From the human T2T-CHM13v2.0 reference genome, Homo sapiens: a stretch of 64,000 bases of DNA. The stretch is taken from assembly GCF_009914755.1 (NCBI RefSeq), contig NC_060939.1; one strand, written 5' to 3'. The notes under the pieces were generated by a model. That model worked only from the letters and a program-made list of their open reading frames with translations, made no database searches and was not told where the DNA came from. Position numbers and translations under genes: made by a program. Of this stretch, positions 1 through 12,630 are shown piece by piece. Numbering within the stretch: the stretch's first letter is position 1; every line of letters begins with the position of its first letter.

Positions 1-290
1 GGTAGGATTTCTAGATCATTTAGTGGTTCTATGTTTAATTTTTAGAGAAACTTCCATACTGTTTTCCATAGTGGGTGCACATTTTACCTTCCTACCAGCA
101 GTGTACAAGGGTCCCAGTTACTCCACAACCTTGCCAACACTTGTTATCTTTTGTTTTTGTTTTGGATAATAGCTATCCTAAGAGGTGTGAGGTGATGTCT
201 CGCTGAGTTTTTTATTTACATTTCTCTGATGGTTAGTAATGTTGAACACCTTTTCATATACATGTTGGCCATTTGTGTGACTCTTTTTGG
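1..290 (-). mobile_element. Old L1 (L1MA/L1MB-type) ORF2 3' region fragment
   Basis: Antisense L1 motifs 'ttccatactgttttccatagtg', 'ccttgccaacacttgttatc', 'gttggccatttgt'; runs off the window start. Confidence 0.85.
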
Positions 291-740
291 GTAGGCAACT
301 TTAAACTTGACTATTGTTTCTGCTTCAAACTGTCAGTAGACCATAATGAATTGATTTTTATAAAACTTCAAACACCCTATGAGCCAAATAATATTTAAAT
401 TCAGTGTTTACATTTAATAAATTAAAAAGTTGTTAACCTAATTGACTTGTTTATCTTAATAGGCTAGATCATCTGTGTTATAAGTGATGGACCTTATCCT
501 CACACTTGGACTACATCAGCCTTAAAGGGTTCATTCATAAATTTAGGGGCAATGTTATGCTTAAGAATCCTCAGAAAAACCTCCAGTGCAGAATCTTGTG
601 TAATATTTTTAGGCCGTTAACATATGTGGGACCCTCCACTATCACATTTACATTCATGATAGCTCTCCCCACTCAGTTACCCATTTGTGCAGATAATCCT
701 AGTGTTCCTTGTCATATCTCTTTTGTTTCTTGACCTCAGT

Positions 741-1196
741 TGTAGTAGACATTTGTGGAAACTCAGACTTATTTCTTGTTAAGAGCACATTACCCATTAC
801 TTCAAGTTATATGCCCTGCTTCTTTCCACTTTCTGCTCTTGGGCCTTCTGACACCAAGTGAACCTGATGTGCCTTCACGCAAATATAGCACGGAAGTATG
901 AAGTTAATAAGATTGGGGTGAAATTTTGACCAATTAGAGACAGGAGTCAGTGGATCAATATTCTAGTCCCCAGTAGTCAAACTGTATTGGGATTTATCCT
1001 CTATCAATCTCAGAAGATTCTGATCAAGTAAGACACCTCACTGGCCAGATTGATCTTTTTAAAAACGTATTCTTACACTGGCTTTTTCTCATCACTTTCT
1101 TTCTCCTTTCACAATTATATTTGGCATCAATTCTCAAAATACTTGTATTCAAAAACGTCTCTTTCTAGACCTTTGGGGTTACTCATATTAGATCAA
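741..1196 (+). mobile_element. ERVL LTR16-family LTR (5' LTR of a degraded HERV16-like element)
   Basis: Starts TGTAGTAGACA; contains 'ttgaccaattagagacaggagtcagtggatcaata'; LTR16-like 3' end followed by an ERV3-16A3-like internal start. Confidence 0.55.
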
Positions 1197-1932
1197 TTTA
1201 TACAGAAGTGTTATTAGAAAGCAGAAACACAGAAATGAGTACAGATATTAGATCATTTGATGATAAGAGAGTAAAAGAAGCCCCAATTGATGAGAGTAAT
1301 AATAATTCTTCTAACAGCATTCCAATACTTAGAGTTGACCTTTGGGTGGATTATGATGATATATAGATAGAAGAGGAAGTGACAGCAAACCTATTACTTG
1401 AATGGCAGAGAGGCAGTAATAATAAGGATTGTGAAGTTTGCTGTTTTTTGTAACCTACTTAGACATGATCACTAAAAATAAGAAAAACAGACTATTATCA
1501 GCCAGCTTTGAACACAAGGTGTGTTGAGCCTTATTTCCTCATCTGCTCCTGCAACAAAATGGCCATGTGCCAAAAGAAGGCCATGTTCCAAAAGCAGGTT
1601 CATGATTCACTAGTAATAATTTTGGAGCTGCAAAGGAGACTGAATATACAACAGATATCAGTTATTCTAGGATGTTTAGTTATTGGATAATTTAACAATG
1701 ATTTTTTGAAACAAAAAATGTTACCATATTCCACTGTTGTAAGAGGAGGCTTGTACATGTTATTTGATTGAGTCTTGATCCAAGTCCAAATTGCAGTAGA
1801 CCTATATTTTGGTTATTTTCCCCTAATATTTACATATTACAGGAATGGTTGTATTTAGCCTTGACAGAATCTACACATTGGTTTGTTGACCTGGGGGTAA
1901 AGGCTGTGATAGTAGGAAGGATCTAGAGGCCT
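1197..1932 (+). mobile_element. ERVL (HERV16/ERV3-16A3-like) internal fragment, gag and pro remnants
   Basis: 'agaagtgttattagaaagcaga' leader; 'taaggattgtgaagtttgctg' gag-like; 'gacagaatctacacattggtttgttgacctgggggtaaaggctgtgatagtagg' pro-like. Confidence 0.65.
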
Positions 1933-2009
1933 AATTTATTTTATGAAGTTAGTGATGTCCTCATATTAAAGTGAGTTAAGAACAATTTAAAGTGAGATCA
2001 TGTTAGGAA

Positions 2010-2235
2010 TATATAAAATGTTAATATTATATACAGATAATATATGATCTGATTATATATTATATATAAATTTGGTATTATATAAATTGATCATGCATAT
2101 GTGATTATATAATTTAATCATATATATTCCAAGTATTTTAATTCCAATTGGATTGTGTATATATATGTGATTAGAATAATAAGATTATATATAAATTATA
2201 ATTGATTATATGCATAATCAAATTATATATAAAAT
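2010..2235. repeat. AT-rich low-complexity (TA)n-derived tract
   Basis: Dense tatata/attata degenerate repeats. Confidence 0.8.
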
Positions 2236-2236
2236 C

Positions 2237-3303
2237 TGGAAAAACTCTTCTAGACACTGGCTTAGGCAAAGACTTCATGACCAAGAACCCAAAAGCAAAT
2301 GCAACAAAAACAAAGATAAATAGATGGGACTTAAGCTAAAAAGCCTGGGCACAGCGAGATAAATAATCAGCAGAGTAAACAGGCAACCTACAGAGTGGGA
2401 GAAAATCTTCATATCTGACAGAGGACTAATATCCAGAATCTACAAGGAACTCAAACTAATCAATAACAACAAAACAAACAATTCCATCAGAAAGTGGGCG
2501 AAAGACATGAATAAACAGTTTTCAAAAGAAGAAATACAAATGGCCAACAAACATATAAAAGATGCTCAACATTACTAATTATCAGGGAAATGCAAATCAA
2601 AACCACAATGTGATATCACTTCACTCCTGCAAGAATGGCCATAATAAAAAAAAATGATAGATGTTGTCATGGATGTGGTGAAAAGGGAACACTTTTACAC
2701 TGCTGATGAGAATGTAAACTAGTACAACCACTATGGAAAACAGTGTGGAGATTCCTTAAAGAACTAGAAGTAGATCCACCATTTGATCTAGCAATCCCAC
2801 TCCTGGGTATCTATCCAGAGGAAAGGAAGTCATTATATGAAAAAGATACTTGCACACTCATGTTTATAGCAGCACAATTCGCCATTGCAAAAATATGGAG
2901 CCAGCCCAAATGCCCATCAATCAAGGAGTGGATAAAGACAATGTGGCGTATATATATCATGAAATAGGACTCAGCCATAAAAAGAAACAAAATAATAGCA
3001 TTTGCAGCAACCTGGATGGAATTGGAGACCACTATTCTAAGTGAAGTAACTCAGGCATGGAAAAGCAAACATCGTATGTTCTCACTAATATGAGGGAGCT
3101 AAGCTATGAGAACGTGAAGACATAAGAATGATACAATGGGCTTTGGGGACTTGGAAGAAAGGGTTGGGGGGATGAGGGATAATATACTACACATGGATTC
3201 AGTGTACACTGCTTCGGTGATGGGTGCACCAAAATCTCAGAAATCACCAAAGAACTTAAACCAAACACCACCTGTTTCCCAAAAACCTATTCAAATAAAA
3301 AAA
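2237..3303 (+). mobile_element. L1PB-type LINE-1 3' fragment (ORF2 C-terminus, 3'UTR, A tail)
   Basis: ORF 2743..2967 ([27 protein letters not shown]...) is the L1 ORF2p C-terminus; L1PB-like 3'UTR 'gatacaatgggctttggggac...caccaaaatctcagaaatcacc'; ends aataaaaaa. Confidence 0.92.
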
Positions 3304-3874
3304 GGATGACATATGTATATATATCCTATTTTTTTTTTAAAAAAAAAAGCCCATAGAAAGATACCTTTTTGTTTCCATATTATATGGTTCTTCTGAAGAT
3401 GGATACCTACTTAATTAGACTATCCATACTCTAAGAATGTATCATTTGTGATAGCTAAGACAAAAATCTGTCTTGTATCCATTGAAAAAGTTAAGGATAG
3501 AGGTCTTTAATGGAAAGCCTCATTCTAGCAGCTTTGATTCTGTAGAGGACATTCTCTATTTTCTTCTGGGCAAGAAATCAGGAATTTATGGGGGATCATA
3601 CAAGGCTTGTGTGTGAGCATCCACTTCCCAATCCTGTTTGAGAAATGAGTTGTCATGGCTTTGCCACATCTGTGATCTTAAGGCAATGATCAATTAAGAA
3701 ATGTTCTGTCCTAATTTTATCACTTTTCTAGTTTGAGTGCTCAGGGAAGGCATGGATCTCAAATATCAGGACCCTAGAACGTCTTGGTTGCATAGGAATG
3801 GAACTGTTGAGAAATCATTAAAAGCCTTGCTTTAGTCTCTGCAGTTCTACTACCACTATGTCCAAAAACATATA

Positions 3875-4108
3875 AAACATGTCCTTCTTCACATAGTTGC
3901 AGGAGGAGAAGTGCTGAGCAAAGGGGGAAAAGCCCCTTGTAAAAACATCAGATCTCATGAGAACTCACTCATTGTCATGAGAACAGCATGGGGGTAACAG
4001 CTCTCATGATTCAATTACCTCCCATCAGGTCCCTCTCACAAAATGTGGGGATTATGGGAACTACAATTCAAGATGAGATTTAGGTGGGGACACAGCCAAA
4101 CCATATCA
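3875..4108 (-). mobile_element. THE1 (THE1C/D-like) MaLR LTR, truncated
   Basis: Ends 'caattcaagatgagatttaggtggggacacagccaaaccatatca', the reverse complement of the THE1 LTR start. Confidence 0.9.
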
Positions 4109-5720
4109 AGACATTTGGAAACAGTCATCATCCACACATGTAAGCACACAGCTGCCACTAAAGTATGCTTGTTATTGTTACTGCCAATTAAATATTTTAT
4201 GACATTTTCATAATAATGAAAATGAAATCCTACAAGTTAGAACATCATTAAGAAATATTTAACAGGCCTTTAATGCAAGTATAAGATGTCAGTTTTTATG
4301 TGCTGAGGCAAGAGAATGAGTAGTTACTTAATTCAAGCAGCCAAAAAGGTGGTAAGAAATAAAACTATGAATTGAGTTTTGTTGGATTGGCAGTTTGCCC
4401 ACAGCTCCTTATTTGTCAAGAAGTTTGCATAAAGTCTCAGAAGCTTTTACACCATTTTCAATTAAGGCACAACATTCTGGTAGGCCATTTGACTCTTTCT
4501 AGGTAAAATAATAATGTTTTCTAGCATAAAATTATTAAATTTTGTCCTAAGAGGTAGAAAATCTGAAACCAGAGGCCCTTACATACACCCGGCATAGGAA
4601 AAACAGATGGGTGTCCCTACTGCTAAGAACTTTGTAGGATCAGTAGTGAGTTAGTGGCAAACATTTGTGCTCAGAGAAATATCAGGATGAGTTACTAGCA
4701 AAATATCACTTATCAATGATAAGGTAAGTGATCAAGCAACATTTGTACTTTCAGGTATGTCTTTATAGTGAGACATAACCCACTGAGGTTCAGAATACAA
4801 ATTAGCTATCAATAAGCTTTACGGGGGGAGAACCCTTCAGTGACTTCTGTTTATTACTGAAAACTCATGTCGTATGAAAACAGTTGTGATTTCTTTTCCT
4901 ATGTGTTTGAACTATTGTGAGCCATAGTGAAGACTTGGAAAAGTGTGTAGAAATAAGTACCGAGTTTTAGCCAGGTCTGAAGCACTTGATGGTATTGCTA
5001 GATGAGCAAGAGGTTGCCTCTGCAAGCCAGTGCATATTATTTTGTTCACAGGAAACAGCTGTTAGCCAGCAATTCTTCTAAATCTTGATGCAGTATTGAA
5101 TGAAAGTAAAAGTTAGAAACACATCTACTCAATATGTCTCGAAATATAATGTACAATAACTTGTATAGTGTGAACCAGTTTGAACCAAATTTTCAGGCTG
5201 TCCAAAGGAAAAGCTACTCAATTTTTTTTTTTGCTTTTAATGAGATAAAACCTGCCCAAATAAAATTGTCACAATTTAAAAAAAAAGAAAAGAAACATTA
5301 GTTCATAACATCAAATATTTTTAAAAAGTTACATTTCTTCAAGTGACTTTTCAGTGATAATAGCTGAGAAAACTCAAGCTTATTACTCTAAGGTTGAAAC
5401 TATGATATTAATTCAGTAAGATCAGAATTTCCCAAGTGAATTATTGGTAAGTTGTTGCTCTATTACCAAGACTTTTATACTTTATTTGGAAAGAAACTGA
5501 CATTTTGACATATTTCAAAGCAGTATCCAAGTACTATTAGGGAATAAATAATTTCTTCCCAGAACTTCATGCAACCAATGGGTGATTGAAAACTCTATTC
5601 ACTACTATCTCTCTTGTTGAAATAGCACACCTTCATAAGCACACCTTCGTGTTCAAATAGCACAGATTCAGAGTGACATGTCTATCAATAGTATCTAAAC
5701 ATGTAATGAAAGTGGGGAGA

Positions 5721-6100
5721 TGTCTTAGTCCATTTTCTGTTGATATAACAGAATACCACAGAATGAGTAATTAATAAAATAGGTTTATTTGGTTCATGTG
5801 TCTGGAGGTTGGGAAGCCTAAGATTAAGTGTTAAATCTTGTAAGGACCTTCTTTCTGCATTATCCCATTGTAAAGGGCACATAAACATGTGAGGCAGAGA
5901 GAATTTGAGCTGAACTTTGCCGTTTATCAGAAGCCCACTTCGTGATAACTAATCCACTTCATCAATAACAGCATTTATCCCTTCATGAGGATAGACCTCT
6001 CATGGCCTAATCACATCTTAAATCTTTACCTCTTAATATAGTTACAATGACAATTACGTTCCCATCACATGAACTTTAGGGGACGTATTCAAACCATAGA
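5721..6100 (-). mobile_element. MST/MLT1A-type MaLR solo LTR (MSTC/MSTD-like)
   Basis: 'tgtcttagtccattttctgttgatataacagaatacc' through 'ggggacgtattcaaaccataga'. Confidence 0.85.
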
Positions 6101-8750
6101 GGGAGCATTCAGTGCCCCTATGTTAAAATTAAGGAACAGTTATAATATCTCCATGGCTGGCAAAGATAAAACAGCATTTATGTGTTCAAGAGAGTTTTCT
6201 TCAGCATGAACAGTACATATCAAGAAAGCCTTCCAGTGACTAATGGAATTAGGCTTTATGGAATCACATTATTTGCAAAGTGTAATTTACCTGGACCATA
6301 ATTTGTTCAGCAAGATTCTGGAAGAGCAAAGCTCTTTATGTATGGAATGTATCTGATTCACTTGATGAATGAGAATTCTTCCTCTCAGTGGAGTTGAGGG
6401 CATGGTTCCACACAAAGAATAAACTTCAGGTAACTGAAACCCCAAGTCAATCATTGCTTTTCTAGATGGAGAGAGGACTGAGAAAAGTTCTGTGGGAAAA
6501 CTCCCAATTGCATAAGACCGTCAGAGGGAAAAGTTTCACTATCCAGTTTAGATAGAGTCTGCTTTTCTCCCAGTAGATATGGAGGGCCCTACTGAGACCA
6601 GAACAATTTATCTCAAGCAGTGTTCTATACTGAGGATTGCCGTGCTCTGAACAAGCTGGGGGAAGCAGTTGATTCTGTACAAAACACAAAATTCTAAGGG
6701 CATGAGAAGACTGTTTAATTTTTGATATTTGGGGTAGGAACAGCTATTAGGACAGAGGAGTACAGTCATTGGACAACATTGGCAGATAATGGCAAGCTCA
6801 AATTGGCATCTCTATATGGAAGCTGTTGTTTTTATGTCTTACAGATAGTCTAGAATCCAAATCATGTCTGTGGTGAAAGACTACTTCATTGACTGACAAC
6901 CAGTGACCGACACACCTCAAAAATTACCCAAGTAATTTTTTTGAGGAGGGGGCTGAGGGAAGAAAGATTAGTACGTGCATTTCTAGATTGAATGCATTCA
7001 GATGAAGGGGTAGCCAGTTTCTATATAATACCTTATGAGTAAAAATAAAATTCTAGTACCATTGTTAATGACTCACAAGGGGATCCACAATTGGAAAACC
7101 ACTTAACAGAACATTGTTGAACATGTTGGGAATGCTGTGCCTTGATTGAGAGGGAAGATAAGGCAATGTAGACCTTTTCTACTGTCTGTGCACAGTGCCA
7201 CTCAGATTCTTATGTGAGAACCCTGAGTACTCATTGACTGCTATTTTAGGATGGGCAACAGGTAGAGAGCTGTGGACATCTGCAAAACCCACAGAAGCAG
7301 AAGAATAAACTTCAAGTCCCTTATCTATTTTCTCTTTTAGTAGTCTTTACTAAGAAGATAAGTGACAGGTAAATGTATTTCTGGGATCTGTAAGTTATGA
7401 ATGTAATTCTACTGAATTCCTCGTGTCTCTTCAGTAAGCATAAAACCTATGAGTGGAAGATTGCACCTTGTGTAATAAGCAGCCAGTTTTGATCAATTTT
7501 CGGACAAGTTATACAGAAAAACAGGCACACAAATGTCATATTAAAACCCTGCCTATTGAGAGGCTTGTGGAATGGAATTTTGATCCAAATTTGAATCCTT
7601 GTTAAAAATGCACAAGGCAAAGTTTTTAAAAAGCCTTTTGGAAGAGCCAAAAAAGGCCATTTTCAACTCCTTGGGAGGTTGTGTTCAGCTCTTATGTATT
7701 CATTAGTCCTCCTCTGGCTTGATTCCAAGCCTTTGGCATACATTATAAATCATAACTTGGAAAGACAGAACAGATAAGGGAAGAATATGGCTTCTGAAAC
7801 AGAAGAGTCTGGAGAGATAAGAAGGTGAGAATACAGGAAAGCTGGCCAGATATGAGGAAGAGGGAACGCCCATGAGAAATTTATTCATTGATCTGGTGCT
7901 CATTGTTGTGAGGACATAATTACTTCTTCTGTTCTCTGCCTTACCCTTGCTTTTGGCAGGTAAAATATTCTCCTAGACTACGTACACACTGCTATGGAAG
8001 AGTACACTTTGGTGTCAGAGACCACATGAGCCATCCTATTTATTCCAGAGGGCTCAGGTAAAGATATGTCGGTGAATGCACGACTTTTACAGCAAGAATT
8101 AGTCCCCAAAGTGAACCTTTCATCTTGAGGGTGAAGAACCAAAGTTATTTGTAAGAAGACTATACATTTGAGTCTAGATTGCATGGTTGACAAAATTAAA
8201 GTAGTAACATATTTGCCTTTAAAAAATTAGGTAGGAATTATTGAAGCCATAATTGAGATGTAGAAATGGAGTTGAAACATCTACTGGGACCAAACTTAAA
8301 CTTCCACCACAGCAGTACAAGCAGAAACCAGAGACATGAACTTCATTGACTGTGGCCTAAAGCATAATTATTAGCACTCAAGAAGAGACTGAAGATAGAG
8401 GTTTCTTATCCTAAGAGGAGAATCTTAAGAAAGGTTGAGGCCTGAGGGAGAAAGATGGAAAATTACAGAAGGGAAGTTAGCACTGGGGACAGAGAAAGGG
8501 AAAATAATGCTCATGTGAGACACTATCAGGTTTAGAGTAAGCCTGGATTCTTACCCCCAAATCAGGAAGATGCTAAATGTCACATCTAGATTACAATTTA
8601 AAACATTTAAAAATTTTGCTTCTAAATTCTTCCCTTTTGGGAAAGTTAAAAGTTGGTAAACTGAGGTAGACCAAGAGTAAATGAGGAGGCTTTACATTAT
8701 TAGCAACCCAATCAGCAGGGTAAGATGAAATATCTTTGCCAGTCAGTGTA

Positions 8751-9062
8751 TAGTTAGCCCTCTGTTTCTGTGGGCTGTGCATCGGTGGATTCAACCAAAC
8801 ATAGATCAAAAATATTCACAAAAAATCTCAATAAAAATAGCGATAAAACAAAAAATAATGCAGATAAAAACCATACAGTGGTTACATAACACTTACATTG
8901 TATTAGGTATTATAAATGTAGAGATTATTTAAAGTATGTGGGAAGATGTGTGTAGGTTACATGCAAATACTCCATTTTACATGAGGGATTTGAGCATCTT
9001 CAGATTTTGGTATCCCTGTGGAGTTCTGGACCCAATTTCTTGGAGATACTGGGGGACGACTA
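8751..9062. mobile_element. MER2 (TcMar-Tigger non-autonomous DNA transposon)
   Basis: Degenerate TIRs 'tagttagccctctgtttctgtggg' / 'tggagatactgggggacgacta', TA on both flanks, MER2 core 'ttacattgtattaggtattataa'. Confidence 0.88.
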
Positions 9063-11083
9063 TATTCATAGTGACCGAGCATGGTTTGTTCTAAGAATAC
9101 AAAGATAGTTTTATCATACCATCTGTCACCAAGAAGATAAGGAAAGCTCTGCAGAGATACTGTTTGATCACATTTAGTATCTAGTTTCCATCAAGGTAAT
9201 AAGCATGGACTGGACCTCATGTTATAGGACCTACCCAGAATACCTTCCACATGGTTACTGGTATGAGTAAATTGAACTTGGGGTAAATCTGCATAAATTA
9301 GTTAATGCAGAATATTCTTTGAGTTAGGGATAGGAGTCTCTTCTCTGTATTCCCATAACAGGGCTATTGCACTTGGCTTACTTTGGGGATCTCAGACCCT
9401 TAAGAAAACTGATTGTGCTGGACCACAGTAATGACTCAGACAGGAGTCAAAATAGGTAACCTAGCATTTGAGTTGCCCTAAGTGTTTGAATTTGTTTGTG
9501 CTGTTTTAAAGCTTCCTTAACACACTCATGGGTGGCTCTACCCCATTCACTTCTAGCACTGCTCCCGCAGCTCCCTCTGTCCTGTCATAGAAAAGTGAGG
9601 ACAAAATGCTGTGAGGAAAAGAACCTCTATTTCAAATCTAAAAGTTTATTATAGGAAACAAAGTTATACTTAACATTACCTAACAATGGCCCTGAAAGAC
9701 TAAGATGAAGAATATTGTTCTAAGTGATAATTATTGCTTTTAAATTTTAACTGTTCGACTTACTCTTCTTCACCTGTTATACTTCAGAGTTGTGTCTGTC
9801 AGTCCCTATTTTTAGTATCAGAACCCCTGAATAGAGAGAGGCAAACTATGTATTTCATGCTCAAGTTTCAGGAGAAAATAAATATGTTTTTGACAATGTT
9901 TTGTGATCAGGTCAGCAAGAACTTATTTTCTGAAAGAAAAAGCTCAGGAAGGCCTATATAGAAAAGTCATAAAGAAGCCTGTACCATGTTTATCAGTAAC
10001 TTGGAGCCTTTTTCTTAGACACATAAAGAGTCAATGGGTCCCATTCTTAACTTCTTTCAATCAGTTTCTTTTCCTTTTTTTTTTTTTGTAAGAGGGGGCT
10101 CAACCTCATTAATTTTCATGAAATAGAATCTAGAATGACTCTCAGGGCAACTGTAGATATTGTTACTCACTTGAAACAATAACCACAAAAGCTATTATTG
10201 GAGTCTTGAAAGCTGTGGATCCTTTTCCCAGAAGGTGCATATGCACAGGCTTGTGTTAACGTACACATCTACTATGATTTATAGGATGCTCTGAAATTCA
10301 TCTATTTGAGATCAGGATAAGAAATCTGCTCCCTGGAGATCTGTCCGTAGTAGTGTGCTAAGAGACAGATAGTTATAACTAGTGAAGAACCACTGATCTC
10401 TGACACGTTAGTGACAGGAGGTACCTTTCAGGGCAAATGGATGGAAATACCTGTAAGGGCAAATGGAAGGAAAAGGAGGTAGCCAAGGCCAGAGGAGACA
10501 AGACTGAATCCAAGCCCACACTGTTTCCATGTCCTAGTGTCTAAAGGAAAGGCTCAGGAAATTCCCTTTAAAGAAGGCAATTCAGGGCTAAAAATGTCCA
10601 TTGATTCCCACTTTAGTATAACTTCATACCACATTAAGCTACCTACAAATTTCCAGTTTTGTAAGAAAATTCCAGGAGGAATAATGAACGCCCTTTATTA
10701 AAAAGCAGTTTCAGCTACCGTGGGGTAAGCATCTTCCCTAGAAAATAGAGCCAATGAATCAATTTTTCCATAGTCACACAGACCAGCTTATAGGAGGAGC
10801 TTGAACTCCTTGAGGAACTGCCAAGGACACATTTATCTCTCAACAAAATTAGATGTTTGAGAATCCTGCTCCTTCCTTGGGCTTAGACTTTAAGGAGGCT
10901 TTAAAATCACCCACCTTTTTCCTCTCTTGGTGAGTTCAGAGCAGCTGGCACTTCTAGACCATCTGTCTTTTCTTATTAGGATCTCTTCACACAAGTGACT
11001 CAATAGGTGCTATTCCTTAGTTATTTCCTTGGCATCAGGTTCTTGGTTCCTAAGGAGACATTTTACTCTGTCCCTTTTTCTTT

Positions 11084-11411
11084 CTTTTTTTTTGATGTTA
11101 ATTTTTTTTACTATACTTTAAGTTCTGGGATATATGTGCAGAACATGCAGGTTTGTTACATAGGTATACATGTGCCATGGTGGTTTGCTGCACTCGTCAA
11201 CCCGTCATCTACATTAGGTATTTCTCCTAATGCTATCCCTCCCCTAGCCCTCCACCCGCCGACAGGTCCCGGTGTGTGATGTTCCCCTCCCTGTGCCCAT
11301 GTCTTCTGGTTGTTCAGTTCCCACTTATGAGTGAGAACATGTGGTGTTTGGTTTTCTCTTCCTGTGTTAGTTTGTTGAGAACGATGGTTTCCAGCTTCAT
11401 CCATGTCCCTG
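11084..11411 (-). mobile_element. L1PA7/8-like 5'-truncated LINE-1 with 16-bp TSD
   Basis: L1PA 3'UTR in antisense; perfect TSD CTGTCCCTTTTTCTTT at 11068-11083 and 11409-11424; empty site gives TT/AAAG, an L1 endonuclease-type site. Confidence 0.95.
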
Positions 11412-12019
11412 TCCCTTTTTCTTTAACAAGTCTGTCAACTCGCTGGCTTACTCTCAAGGCAGCCTGTTTGCCTCCAGCACATGAGGTCAACCTGATCTCT
11501 GGGCAGCACTCTTTTACATGAGCTTTCACTCCCTTCACTGGTTTTGGGCCAGGCAAGGCTCATCTTCAGTTTTTCCTCTGCTTCACCTGTCTTCTCATTT
11601 AACATTCCATGCCTGGCTCTTTCATGGTGAAGCTGTTTTACACTTTCCTCCCGTTTTCCCCTCTCTTTAAGTTCTGGCTGCCTCTCTTTTGCCACCCTCT
11701 AACAAAGTAGCTTCTTCACAATACTTTTATTACTTTACCAAGGACCCTTTTCTATCTTTTTTGATGTCCTTTCCTATGTTTTCTTATCATTTCCCTCATA
11801 CTCTTCCCTGATCATCAACTAAATCAACACGTTTCATTTTTTTTTTCTCCCAGCACACAGACATTCTCTCCCACAACTTTGAACACCATTCTCTGCAACT
11901 TGTCTCCCAGCTGGTTTCTTGGTCTTTAATACAAAATACTAAAGCCAGCCTGGACTGCAACTTCTCTCCTTGGTTATGAAAATCTGTGCTTTTGTGATTT
12001 GTAGCCCCCACAAAAAGTT

Positions 12020-12129
12020 ACTCCCTACACAGATTCTCATTTGGGTGGTCTAGGGTGGATCCCAGGCATACGTATTTTTTTGTAGCTCTCTAGGTAATTT
12101 TGATTTGCAGCCAAGGTTGAGAACCACTA
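12020..12129. mobile_element. MER5A/B (hAT-Charlie) fragment
   Basis: 'ggtctagggtggatcccaggcat...gcagccaaggttgagaaccact' MER5 end. Confidence 0.75.
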
Positions 12130-12459
12130 CCTCCATATCTGTTTTGCATATGAATCAAGCATGCACATGTTATTTGCATCCAGACAACATTAATAAACTC
12201 CACAGAAAGATCAGATTGCAGTGAGCTGCCTCTGCAGTTAGGTTTTAGATTGGTCCTTGAATCAAATATGAACTATTTCTGTCCTTTATCAGTTTCTTAA
12301 AAGTTATTGACCTCTCTCATCATGTGGCCAGGATGTACTTCTCAAAATAATTGACTCCACAGCTGAAGAAAAGTTTTCTGATTCTTCCAGGCTGATGATA
12401 CCTGCTCCATTTTCCTTGTTCACCATCATGATGGTCATGTCTTTGCCTTAAATTGAAAT

Positions 12460-12630
12460 GGAAATGTACCTCTTTTAATCTAAGCCTATTTATTTCATGT
12501 TGGCCCTCCTGTGCACTTGAAAAAGCCAATAAGCTTCTCTTTCATAAATTGGGGGAACTATTGAATATGTGAATCAAGTCACATCTTAGCCTTCTGTTCT
12601 CTGGTTAAAAAGTCCCCAATTAATTAATAG
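12460..12630 (-). mobile_element. L3/CR1 ancient LINE fragment
   Basis: 'cttagccttctgttctctggttaaaaagtcccca' resembles the antisense CR1 3' region. Confidence 0.5.

Noticed and set aside
4638-4723. Possible 86-nt exon ending in AAG|GTAAGT
   Set aside because: Weak acceptor, no recognisable coding content and no partner exons
12140-12180. POU-type motifs (TTTGCATATGAAT, ATTTGCAT); similar at about 52048
   Set aside because: Short AT-rich motifs expected by chance in 64 kb, with no other support
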